61,819 nt of DNA from Candidatus Limnocylindrales bacterium. GTDB taxonomy: Bacteria > Chloroflexota > Limnocylindria > Limnocylindrales > CSP1-4. Under the pieces are notes generated by a model. That model searched no databases, was not told where the DNA came from, and saw only the letters and a list, made by a program, of their open reading frames with translations. Position numbers and translations under genes: made by a program. The first letter of the stretch is position 1; the number at the start of each line of letters is the position of its first letter. Positions 52,602 to 61,505 of this stretch are shown one piece after another. The DNA lies in contig JBBSAV010000004.1 in assembly GCA_038251965.1 (NCBI GenBank), positions 1-61,819 on the forward strand, in the 5' to 3' direction.

Positions 52602-54157
52602 TCGGGCGTCGTACGCTCACCGTCATCCTGACGCTCTGTCTGGCGCTGGTCGCCACGGTCACGCCCGTCGCGGCGCAGGAGGTCGAACGCCGCCCCGTGG
52701 AAGATCCGCTCTTCGGTGTCTCATCGGTGGTTCCGGCCGACTGGCAGGACCTTGGCGGCGGCATCTACTCGCGCGGGACACCGCCCGACGACCTCGCGCT
52801 CATCGCCATCCAGTCGGCCCCCGCCACGGTCGACCAGCTGTGGGCCAGCTTGCTGCCCCAGTTCGCCCTGACCGAGGTGCCCGAAGCGACCGCTGAGTAC
52901 AGCAGCGACCGCTTCGACTGGACGCTCTACCGCTTCGATGTGCAGCTCGGCGAGATGGTCATCGCCGTCGAGCTGGCGCTCGCGCATGATGATGGCGTCA
53001 CCCATCTGCTCCTGCTGCAGTCGGATCCCGCGGACTTCGAGGTCCTGCGCGAGCAGGTCCTGTTGCCCGCCATCGATGCCTTCGCGCCGCTCGAGCCAGA
53101 GCCCACGCCCGACCCATCCAGCTTCGACTACCAGATCGAGGAGGTGAGCTTCCCCGGTGGTGCCGAGGGCGTCCAGCTGGCCGGCACATTGACGCTCCCT
53201 CCGGGCCCCGGCCCGCACCCGGTCGTGGTCACGATGAGCGGCAGTGGCGCCCAGGACCGCGACGAGTCGATGCGGCCGATCACGACACTGAAGCCGTTCG
53301 CCATCCTCGCCGATGCCCTCACGTCTGCCGGTGTGGGCGTGCTGCGCTACGACGATCGCGGCGTGGGCGCCTCGACCGGAGACTACGAGTCGGCCACCAT
53401 CGCCGAGCTGGCTGAGGATGCGCGTGCGGCCATCGACTACCTGGAGACCCGCGACGATATCGACCCGGCTCGCATCGGCCTGTTCGGCCACAGCGAGGGC
53501 GGCCTGTACGCGGCCATCCTTGGTGCCAGCGATCCGCGCATCGCCTGGATCGGCATGATGGCCCCCGCGGTCATCGACGGGGTCACCCTCATCGTCGAGC
53601 AGAACCAGGCGTTGCTGCGCTCATCGGGCAGCGAGGAGAAGCTGGTCGCCGCCTACGCCGCCTACGCTTCCGAGGCCATGCCGCTGGCTCGCGACGGCGA
53701 TCTCGAGGCGCTCGAGGCGGTCATCCGCGACTTCTACGGTCATGCCTGGGATGAGCTGGACGCAGAGGACCAGGTCATCGCCGGCGAGCGCGAGGCATTC
53801 GTGCAGCGGCAGGTCGACTCCGAGATGCCCCTCTACACCTCCGACTGGTTCCGCTCGTTCCTGGCCTACGACCCCACCTCCGACTGGAAGGCGGTGGGCG
53901 TGCCGGTGCTGGCGACCTTCGGCGGTAAGGATGCCCAAGTCCTGGCCGACTCGAACGCGGCCGCCTTGCGGGCAGCGCTGGAGGCCGGCGGCAACGATGA
54001 CGTCGAGATCATCACCATCCCCGGCGCCAACCACCTCTTCCAGGAGGCTGACACCGGCTCCTTCGCGGAGTACGGCCAGTTGGATCCCGTCTTCATCGAT
54101 GGCTTCATCGATGCCGTGGTCGACTGGACGACGGCCCAGGCCGGCGTGGCCGAGTAG
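52598..54157 (+). CDS. secreted alpha/beta hydrolase
   Basis: Signal LTLCLALVATVTPVAAQ. Nucleophile elbow GHSEGG. ATGA overlap with the previous gene. Confidence 0.75.
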   Translation: MIGRRTLTVILTLCLALVATVTPVAAQEVERRPVEDPLFGVSSVVPADWQDLGGGIYSRGTPPDDLALIAIQSAPATVDQLWASLLPQFALTEVPEATAEYSSDRFDWTLYRFDVQLGEMVIAVELALAHDDGVTHLLLLQSDPADFEVLREQVLLPAIDAFAPLEPEPTPDPSSFDYQIEEVSFPGGAEGVQLAGTLTLPPGPGPHPVVVTMSGSGAQDRDESMRPITTLKPFAILADALTSAGVGVLRYDDRGVGASTGDYESATIAELAEDARAAIDYLETRDDIDPARIGLFGHSEGGLYAAILGASDPRIAWIGMMAPAVIDGVTLIVEQNQALLRSSGSEEKLVAAYAAYASEAMPLARDGDLEALEAVIRDFYGHAWDELDAEDQVIAGEREAFVQRQVDSEMPLYTSDWFRSFLAYDPTSDWKAVGVPVLATFGGKDAQVLADSNAAALRAALEAGGNDDVEIITIPGANHLFQEADTGSFAEYGQLDPVFIDGFIDAVVDWTTAQAGVAE

Positions 54158-54159
54158 GG

Positions 54160-55755
54160 ATGGCCGATGAGCGAGTAGAGGCTGCGGGAGAGCAGTCCCA
54201 CCCCCGCCGACGCAGCGGCGAAGGCTGGCACCCTGAGCCGGAGCTCCTCGACATCCGTGACGAGGTCACCTCCCGCCCGGCCCTGGAGCGGCTGGGCGAG
54301 GGGATCTGGTCGGCCGCACTCGACTACGTCTACGACCACGGCATGGAACGCGCCATCGGCGGACCGGCCGACTACGCCCAGCTGCGTCGCGTCTTCTTCG
54401 GCCCCGGCGGCCAGCCCGCTCGCGCACCCGAGCTGCCGACGAACTCGGCCGCGCTGATCGAGGAGTTTCGGACCCGGCTGGCACCGCACCAGGCGAACGC
54501 CTGGCACCCGCTGGCCTTCGCCTACTTCACGCCCATCCCGTCGTGGGCATCGATCATGGGCGAGGTCCTGGGCCAGGTCGTCCACCAGGGTGTGGACGTC
54601 TGGCATTGCAGCCCCTCGGCCACGCTGGTGGAGGAGGAGGTCGTGCGCTGGCTCTGTGACCTGATCGGCTACGACGAGCGCAGCTTCGGCCTCTTCACCT
54701 CCGGGGGCGTCATGGCCAACATCATGGCGCTCACCGTGGTCCGTGACATCGCTTTGCGCCGCGCTCGTGCGCTTGACCATCCGCCGCGCGGGGCGGATCT
54801 CGAGGGCGTCCGTGTGTACGCATCGGACCAGGCCCACTTCTCGGTCAAGCGCAGCCTCTCGACGCTGGGCTTCCCCGAGGAGACGCTGGTGGTGCTGCCC
54901 AGCGACGACCGCTTCCGTCTTCAGGCAACGCCTGTGGCCGCGGCCGTGGCGCGCGACCGTGCCGAAGGTCTGACGCCCCTGGCAGTCGTGGCGACGGCCG
55001 GCACCACCAACACCGGTGTCGTCGATGCGCTGCCCGACCTTGCCGATCTCGCCGAGCGCGAGGGGCTGTGGCTCCACGTGGATGCCGCCTACGGTGGCGC
55101 GGCGCGTCTGTCGGAGCGGCTCGCGGTCGAAGTCGAGGGTCTGGCACGTGCCGATTCGATCACCATCGACCCACACAAGTGGTTCTTCCAGGCCTACGAC
55201 ATCGGTGGTTTGCTGCTGCGGGACGGCTCGCTGCTGGAGGCGACGTTCTCGTATCGGCCCGAGTATTACCGCGGCTCGGGTGATCCGGAGCGAGCTCCCG
55301 ATGCGCACGGATCGGACGAACTCGATTTCTACCGACTGAGCATGGAAGGCACACGCCGCCAGCGTGCGCTGAAGCTGTGGCTCTCGTGGAAGCACCTGGG
55401 CACGCGCGGCCTGGGTCGGTTGGTGGAGCAGACGGTGGACCTGGCCGCGGCACTGGCGGCCAGGATCGCGGCGGCTGATGACTTCGAGCTGCTGGAAGCG
55501 CCAGCGTTGTCAGTGGTGTGCTTCCGGCATCTGCCCGACGGACACGATGCGGCCGATGCGGCCGGTCGCGACGCCATCGACATCCACCAGGACGCGCTCC
55601 AGGTGCGACTCCAGCACAGCGGCCGTGCGTTCCTCACCACCACGCGCCTGCGGGGCCGAACCTGGCTGCGCGCTGGCATCCTCAACCACACCACCACCGA
55701 GGCTGACCTCGATGCACTCATCGACGCCATCCGCGACCTGGCGGCCGAAGGGTAG
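54160..55755 (+). CDS. group II pyridoxal-dependent (aromatic-L-amino-acid/DABA-type) decarboxylase
   Basis: TSGGVMANIMAL..WLHVDAAYGG..SITIDPHKWFF (PLP-Lys motif). Confidence 0.8.
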   Translation: MADERVEAAGEQSHPRRRSGEGWHPEPELLDIRDEVTSRPALERLGEGIWSAALDYVYDHGMERAIGGPADYAQLRRVFFGPGGQPARAPELPTNSAALIEEFRTRLAPHQANAWHPLAFAYFTPIPSWASIMGEVLGQVVHQGVDVWHCSPSATLVEEEVVRWLCDLIGYDERSFGLFTSGGVMANIMALTVVRDIALRRARALDHPPRGADLEGVRVYASDQAHFSVKRSLSTLGFPEETLVVLPSDDRFRLQATPVAAAVARDRAEGLTPLAVVATAGTTNTGVVDALPDLADLAEREGLWLHVDAAYGGAARLSERLAVEVEGLARADSITIDPHKWFFQAYDIGGLLLRDGSLLEATFSYRPEYYRGSGDPERAPDAHGSDELDFYRLSMEGTRRQRALKLWLSWKHLGTRGLGRLVEQTVDLAAALAARIAAADDFELLEAPALSVVCFRHLPDGHDAADAAGRDAIDIHQDALQVRLQHSGRAFLTTTRLRGRTWLRAGILNHTTTEADLDALIDAIRDLAAEG

Positions 55756-55797
55756 TCGGCGGCCGGTACGTGGCCGTCGGCCGATCCTGCGGCCGCG

Positions 55798-56163
55798 TCA
55801 GCGCCGGCCGGGACCCTGCAGCTCTCGCAGGCGCTCGTCGCTGATGCCAAGGTGGTGGGCGACCTCGTGGTCGAGCGTCTCGCGCACGCCTTCGGAGAGT
55901 GCTTCGTCGCTGCGATACGCTCGCATCAACGGACCACGGAAGAGGGTGATCTTGCTGGCGAACGCCATCCGGTCGGCCCCATAGGCGGTGCGTGGCACGC
56001 CTTGGTAGAGCCCGAACAGGCCGCGCGCATGCACGCTCGCGAGTTGCTCGGCATCAGGTTCGTCCTGGATGACGATGGCGACGCTGCTGAGCGCTTGTCG
56101 GTAGGGCTCTGGCAATGCCTCGATGGCCGCCTCCAGGGCGGCCTCGAAGCGATCAGTCTCCAT
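55798..56163 (-). CDS. zincin-like metallopeptidase family protein (DUF1025-like)
   Basis: 121 aa. The HEVAHH motif (HExxH) sits near the C-terminus. I chose the ATG at 56163. The upstream part of the 301-aa ORF is out of frame with the Fur-family gene. Confidence 0.65.
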   Translation of the reverse strand: METDRFEAALEAAIEALPEPYRQALSSVAIVIQDEPDAEQLASVHARGLFGLYQGVPRTAYGADRMAFASKITLFRGPLMRAYRSDEALSEGVRETLDHEVAHHLGISDERLRELQGPGRR

Positions 56164-56644
56164 CGCCAGCGTCGTCCGAGCAGTCTCCAGCGTCATCTTG
56201 GCATTCACGGCAGACCCCGACCACACTGAGGTGGCCCAGATCGACATGGAAGCCACGTTTGCGGTCGAAGTCGGCCAGTAAGCCCGCCACCTCGTCAGCT
56301 CCGATCTCCCAGGCGCGCTGACACACCGAGCAGTGCATGTGACCGTGCTCGCGCGCCGGACGCACATGGAATTCCTCGCGACCGTCAAGCCCATGGGCGT
56401 GCCGAACCAAGCCGATATCCTCGAGCACGTCCAGGGTGCGATACACCGTGGAGGGCGTGGTCTCCGGGTCCTGCTCGCGGCAGCGTTCGACCAGCTCGGC
56501 ACCGGTGATGTGGCCATCGGTATCGGCCAGCACATCGACCAGCAGCCGCCGTTGCGGGGTCCAACGCAGTCCGCGCTCATGGAGTCGCTCACGGACCTGA
56601 TCCCAGGCAACATCGGCAGCGTTGGTTCGGTTCGACGTCGGCAT
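56153..56644 (-). CDS. Fur family transcriptional regulator
   Basis: RWTPQRRLLVDVL..TVYRTLDVLEDIGLV..HGHMHCSVCQ..GVCRECQ. I chose the ATG at 56644. It has an acidic DDAGDCSDDAGDGD tail. Confidence 0.8.
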   Translation of the reverse strand: MPTSNRTNAADVAWDQVRERLHERGLRWTPQRRLLVDVLADTDGHITGAELVERCREQDPETTPSTVYRTLDVLEDIGLVRHAHGLDGREEFHVRPAREHGHMHCSVCQRAWEIGADEVAGLLADFDRKRGFHVDLGHLSVVGVCRECQDDAGDCSDDAGDGD

Positions 56645-56670
56645 CGCGGACAGGATAGCCCCGATGGTCG

Positions 56671-56706
56671 GGGTGTCACCATCACAATGGGTGTCATCAT
56701 CACAAC
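56671..56706. repeat. 18-bp tandem repeat x2 immediately upstream of the Fur-family gene
   Basis: GGGTGTCACCATCACAAT and GGGTGTCATCATCACAAC (16/18 identical), 27-62 nt upstream of the start at 56644. Confidence 0.85.
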
Positions 56707-56868
56707 GTCTATCGAGGGACAGCGATACCGGCCGCCAGACGGACAGCGATCCTCTCACGTCGGTCCCCTCGCAGCGTCGTGCCTCCTGGGATGGCCGGCC
56801 TCCAGCTGTGGCCGGCCGCCGGCTTGGCGCCGCGGGAGCCCGGAGCCGTCGTCCCCTGCACCCGGTTC

Positions 56869-56916
56869 CAGCGCACCCCGGTACCACGGTGTTCAGCGCA
56901 CCCGGTACCACGGTGT
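56869..56916. repeat. ~24-bp tandem duplication CAGCGCACC(C)CGGTACCACGGTGT
   Basis: Copies at 56869-56893 and 56894-56916. Each contains a GGTACC palindrome. Confidence 0.85.
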
Positions 56917-56923
56917 CACCGTG

Positions 56924-57170
56924 ACCCACCTCATGGGTGAGTCAGCGGAGCCCGGGACCGCAGCGGCCCACCGAGTCGTCGTCCCATGCCCCCGGGTGGG
57001 TAGAACGACCGCTGCTCCGTCGTCCTACCCGCCCGATGGGTGAGACAGCGGAGCGACGGGTGAGTCGCTGTCTCTATGAAGGATGACCCGCCCGATGGGT
57101 GAGACAGCAGAGCGACGGGTAGGGCGCTGTCGGATGACCCACCCGATGGGTCGGGCCGAGCGCCCCTGGC
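56924..57170. repeat. four copies of a degenerate element headed ACCC(G/A)CC(C/T)(G/C)ATGGGT, three of them in tandem
   Basis: Heads at 56924, 57027, 57086 and 57137. Copies 2 and 3 share ACCCGCCCGATGGGTGAGACAGC(G/A)GAGCGACGGGT. Copy 2 contains the hairpin GAGACAGCG..CGCTGTCTC. Confidence 0.8.
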
Positions 57171-57356
57171 TGGCCGTCACTGCCGCCTCGGGCGTCGGTC
57201 CACTGGCCAGCAGGCAGGTGAGGATGGTGAGACGCTGCTGTGCCGGGCCGTCCAGGCTGACGGTCTTCCTCGTGTCCATGGATCCGAGCGTGACGACGTC
57301 GCTGTCCGGTCACATGCGACGTTCTCGCTGTCCTCCGAGGTCACTATCACCACTAC

Positions 57357-57385
57357 TTGCAATAACGAACGATGGCGATTAGCAT
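57357..57385 (+). promoter_or_regulatory. candidate promoter for cbiM: TTGCAA - 17 nt - TAGCAT
   Basis: The hexamers and 17-nt spacer were read directly, in a locally AT-richer stretch about 63 nt upstream of the cbiM ATG. Confidence 0.35.
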
Positions 57386-57447
57386 CAGCACCGATGACAT
57401 TCGCGATGATCTTAGCACCCGCACTCGATCCTCCGGTCGTGCTCGAC

Positions 57448-58125
57448 ATGCACGCGCCCGACGGCTTCCTATCGGTGCCAGTGGCGCTGCTGCTGTGGCT
57501 GGTCGCCATCGTCGCGGTGGCTGTCTCGGTCAATCGCGCCGGTCGCTCGCTTGACGAACGAGCCGTGCCGTTGATGGGTGTCACGGCTGCGTTCATCTTC
57601 GCTGCCCAGATGATCAACTTCCCCGTCGTCGGTGGCACCAGCGGACACATGCTGGGCGCGGTCCTGGCGGCTGTGCTGCTGGGCCCCTGGGCGGGCACGC
57701 TGGTGATGGCCAGTGTCATCGCGGTGCAGGCGCTGCTCTTCGGGGATGGTGGTCTGTTGGCGATGGGTGCCAACATCGTGAACATGGGCGTCATCGGCAC
57801 CATGGGCGGCTATGCCATCTATCGGTCGCTGTGCACGCTCTTCCGGGGAGAGGAGCGGGGACGCCTGCCGGCGGCGGCCATCGCTGCCTGGTCGGCGGTG
57901 ATGCTGGGGGCGGCTGCCACGTCCGTGGAGCTGGCGGTCAGCGGCGCGAGCCCGCTGGCGGTGGTGCTGCCGGCGATGCTGGGCACGCACGCCCTCATCG
58001 GCATCGGCGAGGCGCTCATCACCGTCGGGGCCCTGGCGCTCATCGCCAGCGTGCGACCGGATCTGCTGCGCTTGCGCGATGCCGGCCCAGGCACGCGTGC
58101 CGCCTTCGAGGCGAGCCGACCATGA
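57448..58125 (+). CDS. cbiM: ECF-type cobalt/nickel transporter substrate-capture component CbiM
   Basis: I chose the start giving MHAPDGFL (the characteristic Met-His N-terminus). FAAQMINFPVVGGTSGHMLG. Confidence 0.85.
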   Translation: MHAPDGFLSVPVALLLWLVAIVAVAVSVNRAGRSLDERAVPLMGVTAAFIFAAQMINFPVVGGTSGHMLGAVLAAVLLGPWAGTLVMASVIAVQALLFGDGGLLAMGANIVNMGVIGTMGGYAIYRSLCTLFRGEERGRLPAAAIAAWSAVMLGAAATSVELAVSGASPLAVVLPAMLGTHALIGIGEALITVGALALIASVRPDLLRLRDAGPGTRAAFEASRP

Positions 58126-58135
58126 TCGGGCGCTC

Positions 58136-58432
58136 ATGATCCGGCGTTACTGGTGGATCGGCGGCCTGCTCATCGCGGCGGCGGTCGTCATCATCCTTGC
58201 GCCACTCGCGTCGTCCGATCCTGACGGCCTGGAGCGGGTAGCCATCGACAAGGGTTTCATCGAGCAAGGTCAGGGGGCGCCTTTCGAGCTGCTGCCCGAC
58301 TACAGCGTGCCCTTCCTCGGTGACGGCACCATTTCGCTGATCGTGGCCGGACTGGTCGGCGTGGTGCTGCTCTTCGGCGCCATGTGGCTGCTCGGCCGAT
58401 TTCTTTCGAGCCGCACTCGCCCGACCGACTGA
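58136..58432 (+). CDS. PDGLE domain-containing protein (in the CbiN position)
   Basis: Contains the literal SSDPDGLERV motif and two terminal TM segments. I chose the ATG at 58136. Confidence 0.75.
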   Translation: MIRRYWWIGGLLIAAAVVIILAPLASSDPDGLERVAIDKGFIEQGQGAPFELLPDYSVPFLGDGTISLIVAGLVGVVLLFGAMWLLGRFLSSRTRPTD

Positions 58433-58450
58433 CGACCGCCGCACCACCCC

Positions 58451-59245
58451 GTGGAGCTCGATCGCTACATCCCGCGCCAGAGCCCCGCGCACCGCGCCGA
58501 CGCGCGACTGAAGACCGTGCTGATCGTGGCGGCCGTGATCAGCATCGCGCTGCTGCCGGTCGGCGCCTTCGGGGCCTATGGCCTGGTGTGGTTGGCGCTG
58601 GTGGCAGCCTCCACCTTCGCCCGCCTGGGTCCGTTCCGGTTGGCGCGCGGCTCGTGGGTGGTGCTGCCGTTCATGCTGGTGGCGCTGCCATTGTTGTTCA
58701 CCCGACCAGGTGAGGCCCTGCTGACGCTGGAGCTGGGTCCGTTGCGCCTGAGCGTCACTGATGTCGGCCTGCGTGACACGCTGTCGATCCTGGCCAAGTC
58801 ATGGCTGAGCGTGCAGGCCACGCTGCTTCTGGCGTACACGACCGCGTTCGCCGACCTCATCGATGCGATTCGTGCCCTGCGGGTGCCGGCCATCATCGTC
58901 AGCATCATCAGCTTCATGTATCGCTATCTGGCAGTCCTGACCGACGAAGCGGGTCGCATGTCTCGCGCCAGACAGGCGCGTTCGGCAGCCGCACCGGTCG
59001 GACGCAGCGGCGGCTCGACAGCCTGGCGTGCCCAGGTCACCGGCGCCATGGTGGGCTCGCTCTTCATCCGCTCCTACGAGCGCTCCGAACGCATCTATGC
59101 AGCCATGCTGGCGCGCGGCTTCACGGGCATGTTCCACGCGACTGCGGCGCCTCGGCCGGATAGTCGCAGCCTGGTCTGGTTCGGAATCGCGCTGGTGGCG
59201 ATGGTGCTCTTCGTCGTCGCCGTCAACCTGCGGGTAATAGCGTGA
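58451..59245 (+). CDS. cbiQ: ECF transporter transmembrane component CbiQ/EcfT
   Basis: 264 aa, GTG start, multi-TM, with ARQARS and RSYERSERIYAAMLARGF blocks typical of CbiQ. Confidence 0.8.
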   Translation: MELDRYIPRQSPAHRADARLKTVLIVAAVISIALLPVGAFGAYGLVWLALVAASTFARLGPFRLARGSWVVLPFMLVALPLLFTRPGEALLTLELGPLRLSVTDVGLRDTLSILAKSWLSVQATLLLAYTTAFADLIDAIRALRVPAIIVSIISFMYRYLAVLTDEAGRMSRARQARSAAAPVGRSGGSTAWRAQVTGAMVGSLFIRSYERSERIYAAMLARGFTGMFHATAAPRPDSRSLVWFGIALVAMVLFVVAVNLRVIA

Positions 59246-60015
59246 GCGAGCCCGGGGCGACTCTCGGTCGCATCGTCGTCGAGCACCTCCACTTCAGCTA
59301 TCCCGACGGCACCGAAGCGCTACACGGTATCGAACTTGCGGTGGGGCCGGGCGATAAGGTGGCGCTGGTGGGGCCCAATGGCGCAGGCAAGTCCACGCTG
59401 CTGCTGCACCTCAACGGCATCCTCGGTGGTGGGCATGGCAGCGTCAGTATCGACGGCATCCGCGTGGAGCCGGCCAGCGTCAAGCGTATCCGCGCGGCCG
59501 TGGGCCTGGTCTTCCAGGATCCCGACGACCAGCTCTTCAGCCCCACCGTGCGAGAGGACGTCGCCTTCGGACCCATCCACATGGGCGTCCCGGAGGCGGA
59601 GATCCACCACCGTGTGGAGCGGGCGTTGGACGCGGTCGGGATGCGTGGCTTCGAGCGGCGCGTGCCGCACCACCTGTCCCTGGGGCAGCGCAAACGCATC
59701 TCGGTGGCCACGGTGCTCTCGATGGATCCCAGCGTGCTGGCGTTCGACGAGCCCACGGCCGGATTGGACCCCCGCGGGCGGCGCGAGCTGATGGGCGTGA
59801 TGGCATCCCGCCCGGAGACGCTGCTGGTCAGCACACACGACCTGGCCATGGTGGCCGAGACGCTGCCGCGGACGGTCATCCTCGACGAGGGCGTCGTGGT
59901 CGCCGATGGGCCCTCGGCCGAGCTGCTGAGGGATGCGGCGCTGCTGGAGGCACATGGTCTCGAATCGCCCTTCCGACTGCCCGGCGCCGCTATGGGCGAG
60001 GGCCGCTCAGCTTGA
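59242..60015 (+). CDS. cbiO: ECF transporter ATPase CbiO
   Basis: Walker A GPNGAGKST, signature LSLGQRKR, Walker B VLAFDEPTAGLD. 4-nt overlap with cbiQ. Confidence 0.9.
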   Translation: MSEPGATLGRIVVEHLHFSYPDGTEALHGIELAVGPGDKVALVGPNGAGKSTLLLHLNGILGGGHGSVSIDGIRVEPASVKRIRAAVGLVFQDPDDQLFSPTVREDVAFGPIHMGVPEAEIHHRVERALDAVGMRGFERRVPHHLSLGQRKRISVATVLSMDPSVLAFDEPTAGLDPRGRRELMGVMASRPETLLVSTHDLAMVAETLPRTVILDEGVVVADGPSAELLRDAALLEAHGLESPFRLPGAAMGEGRSA

Positions 60016-61213
60016 CGCGGTAGACCTTGCCGGCGACCAGGTCAGTGGCGAAGAGGCGTCCCGCGGAATCTTCGCCGAAGGACGCGATGCGGCGGTCGGT
60101 GACCCGCGAGGCCTTGACCTTGCCCGTCTTGTTGAGCACGAACAACCGTCCGCAGAAGTCGCCCGCCACGTAGAGCCCACGCCAAGCCGGTGCGTCGGGA
60201 CCGCGATGGACGTAGCCGCCGGTGACCGAGCAGCGGCCGTTGCCGTGGACGTAGTCATGCACCGGCTTCGTCCCGAAGGTGCAGCGGCGTCCGGTCGCTG
60301 GGTAGCGCCGGCTGCCCTCGCAGCGGTTCCAGCCGTAGTTCCTGCCCTTGCCGGCCGCCCTGCCACGCGCGTTCGAGCGAACGCGATCCACCTCTTCCCG
60401 CTCGCCCTGACCCACGTCGCCGATCCAGAGGTTCCCGGTCTTGCGATCGAACGAGAAGCGCCAGGGGTTGCGCAGGCCCCAAGCCCAGATGTCATCGATG
60501 CCGGACTTGCCCACCCGCGGGTTGGAACTCGGCGTGCGATAGCGCCGCGGACCAGCGCCGTCGGGGTCGATCGGATCGATGCGCAGCAGCTTGCCCAACC
60601 GCGTGTTCAGCTTCTGCCCATTGCCCGCGGGGTCCCCCGCCCCACCGCCGTCACCCGTCCCGATATAGAGCAGGCCGTCGGGGCCGAAGGCCAGGTGCCC
60701 GCCGTTGTGGTTCGCCTCCGGCTGGCCGATGACCAGCAGCCTGCGAGCAGAGTCGGGATCGGCCGCGCCTGGGCTCTGGCGGCGGTACTCGGCGATCACG
60801 GTATCCCCATTCCTGGCGCCGCCCGCGGCACGCGTGTAGTCGACGTAGAGCAGACCGTTGGACTGGTAGTCGGGGTGGAAGGCGAGGCCCAGCAGGCCGC
60901 GCTCGCCACCCGCGGTCGCAGGATCGTTGACCTCCCCGCTGAGGTCGAGGAAGGTGCCCAGCTTCTTCCAACTGCCATCCTCATAGGTGGCGCGCTTGAT
61001 CTTGCCGGTCTGCTCCACGAGGAAGATGACGCGGCCGTCCCCGGGAGCGTGGGTGACCAGCACCGGGCGCGTGTAGCCACCGAGCACTTGCGTGAGCGAC
61101 ACCTTGCTGCGGGCTGCGCTGACTGGCGCCGCCAGCAGGCCGCCGGCGAGCGTGGCCGTGAGCAGGACCGCAAAGACTCGGAATGACGTGAAGGCTCGGA
61201 ACGATCGGCGCAT
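59990..61213 (-). CDS. secreted PQQ-dependent sugar dehydrogenase (SGDH), paralog of the 38257-39786 C-domain
   Basis: Signal FRVFAVLLTATLAGGLLAAPVSA. ERGLLGLAFHP..HNGGHLAFGPDGLLYIGTGDGG..WGLRNPWRFSFD..WIGDVGQ. AAGGAG lies upstream of the ATG at 61213. Confidence 0.85.
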   Translation of the reverse strand: MRRSFRAFTSFRVFAVLLTATLAGGLLAAPVSAARSKVSLTQVLGGYTRPVLVTHAPGDGRVIFLVEQTGKIKRATYEDGSWKKLGTFLDLSGEVNDPATAGGERGLLGLAFHPDYQSNGLLYVDYTRAAGGARNGDTVIAEYRRQSPGAADPDSARRLLVIGQPEANHNGGHLAFGPDGLLYIGTGDGGGAGDPAGNGQKLNTRLGKLLRIDPIDPDGAGPRRYRTPSSNPRVGKSGIDDIWAWGLRNPWRFSFDRKTGNLWIGDVGQGEREEVDRVRSNARGRAAGKGRNYGWNRCEGSRRYPATGRRCTFGTKPVHDYVHGNGRCSVTGGYVHRGPDAPAWRGLYVAGDFCGRLFVLNKTGKVKASRVTDRRIASFGEDSAGRLFATDLVAGKVYRVKLSGPRP

Positions 61214-61335
61214 TTCCACTCCTTGACCTGTGGTGAGGGCTATCGGGGAGACATCAGGGCCAGGCTCCACTGAGGGTCGGGAGTGTACAGCGCGAGCGTT
61301 GCGGAGCCGAGGGGTGCCCCCTGACGGCAGGCCCG

Positions 61336-61377
61336 GTCGAGGCCAGCGCCCAGTCGAGGCCAGCGCCCAGTCGATCC
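61336..61377. repeat. 17-bp tandem repeat GTCGAGGCCAGCGCCCA x2 plus a partial third copy
   Basis: Copies at 61336-61352 and 61353-61369 (identical), then the partial GTCGATCC. Confidence 0.9.
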
Positions 61378-61399
61378 TGGGCGGGCCGAAGCCGAGCGT

Positions 61400-61505
61400 T
61401 CCCGCTGCTCGGGACAACGTGACCGGCCCAACTCAGAACCGACGGTTTGCGGCTGGATCCTCCCGTCTATCGGGAAGCCGCGACGTTCCTTCCCGAGCAG
61501 CGGGA
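61400..61505. repeat. perfect 15-bp inverted repeat TCCCGCTGCTCGGGA / TCCCGAGCAGCGGGA enclosing 76 nt (candidate structured RNA or MITE-like element)
   Basis: Arms at 61400-61414 and 61491-61505. An additional ACGTT/AACGT pairing lies just inside them. Inner stems are GCGGCT/AGCCGC and CCCG/CGGG. Confidence 0.7.

Noticed and set aside
55798-56703. A single 301-aa minus-strand ORF spanning the zincin and Fur-family region.
   Set aside because: Its upstream two-thirds is an alternative frame across the Fur-family gene, which has clear Fur motifs in its own frame. Only the last 121 codons, starting at the ATG at 56163, show the HExxH metallopeptidase family pattern.
56645-56929. An N-terminal extension of the Fur-family ORF back to 56929. 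It would add an in-frame CDDDTHCDGDT metal-ligand-like segment encoded by the 18-bp repeat.
   Set aside because: The extension is Arg/Pro/Gly-rich, and the only in-frame start is 285 nt upstream. The canonical Fur N-terminus begins right after the ATG at 56644. It remains worth a look if proteomics becomes available.
57130-57447. A cobalamin or NiCo riboswitch in the cbiM leader.
   Set aside because: I could not find a B12 box or the GGUG..AAUCC/GCCACUG core on the + strand. The only ACCUGCC-like string is on the opposite strand. Without tools I cannot exclude a divergent member, but nothing supports calling one.
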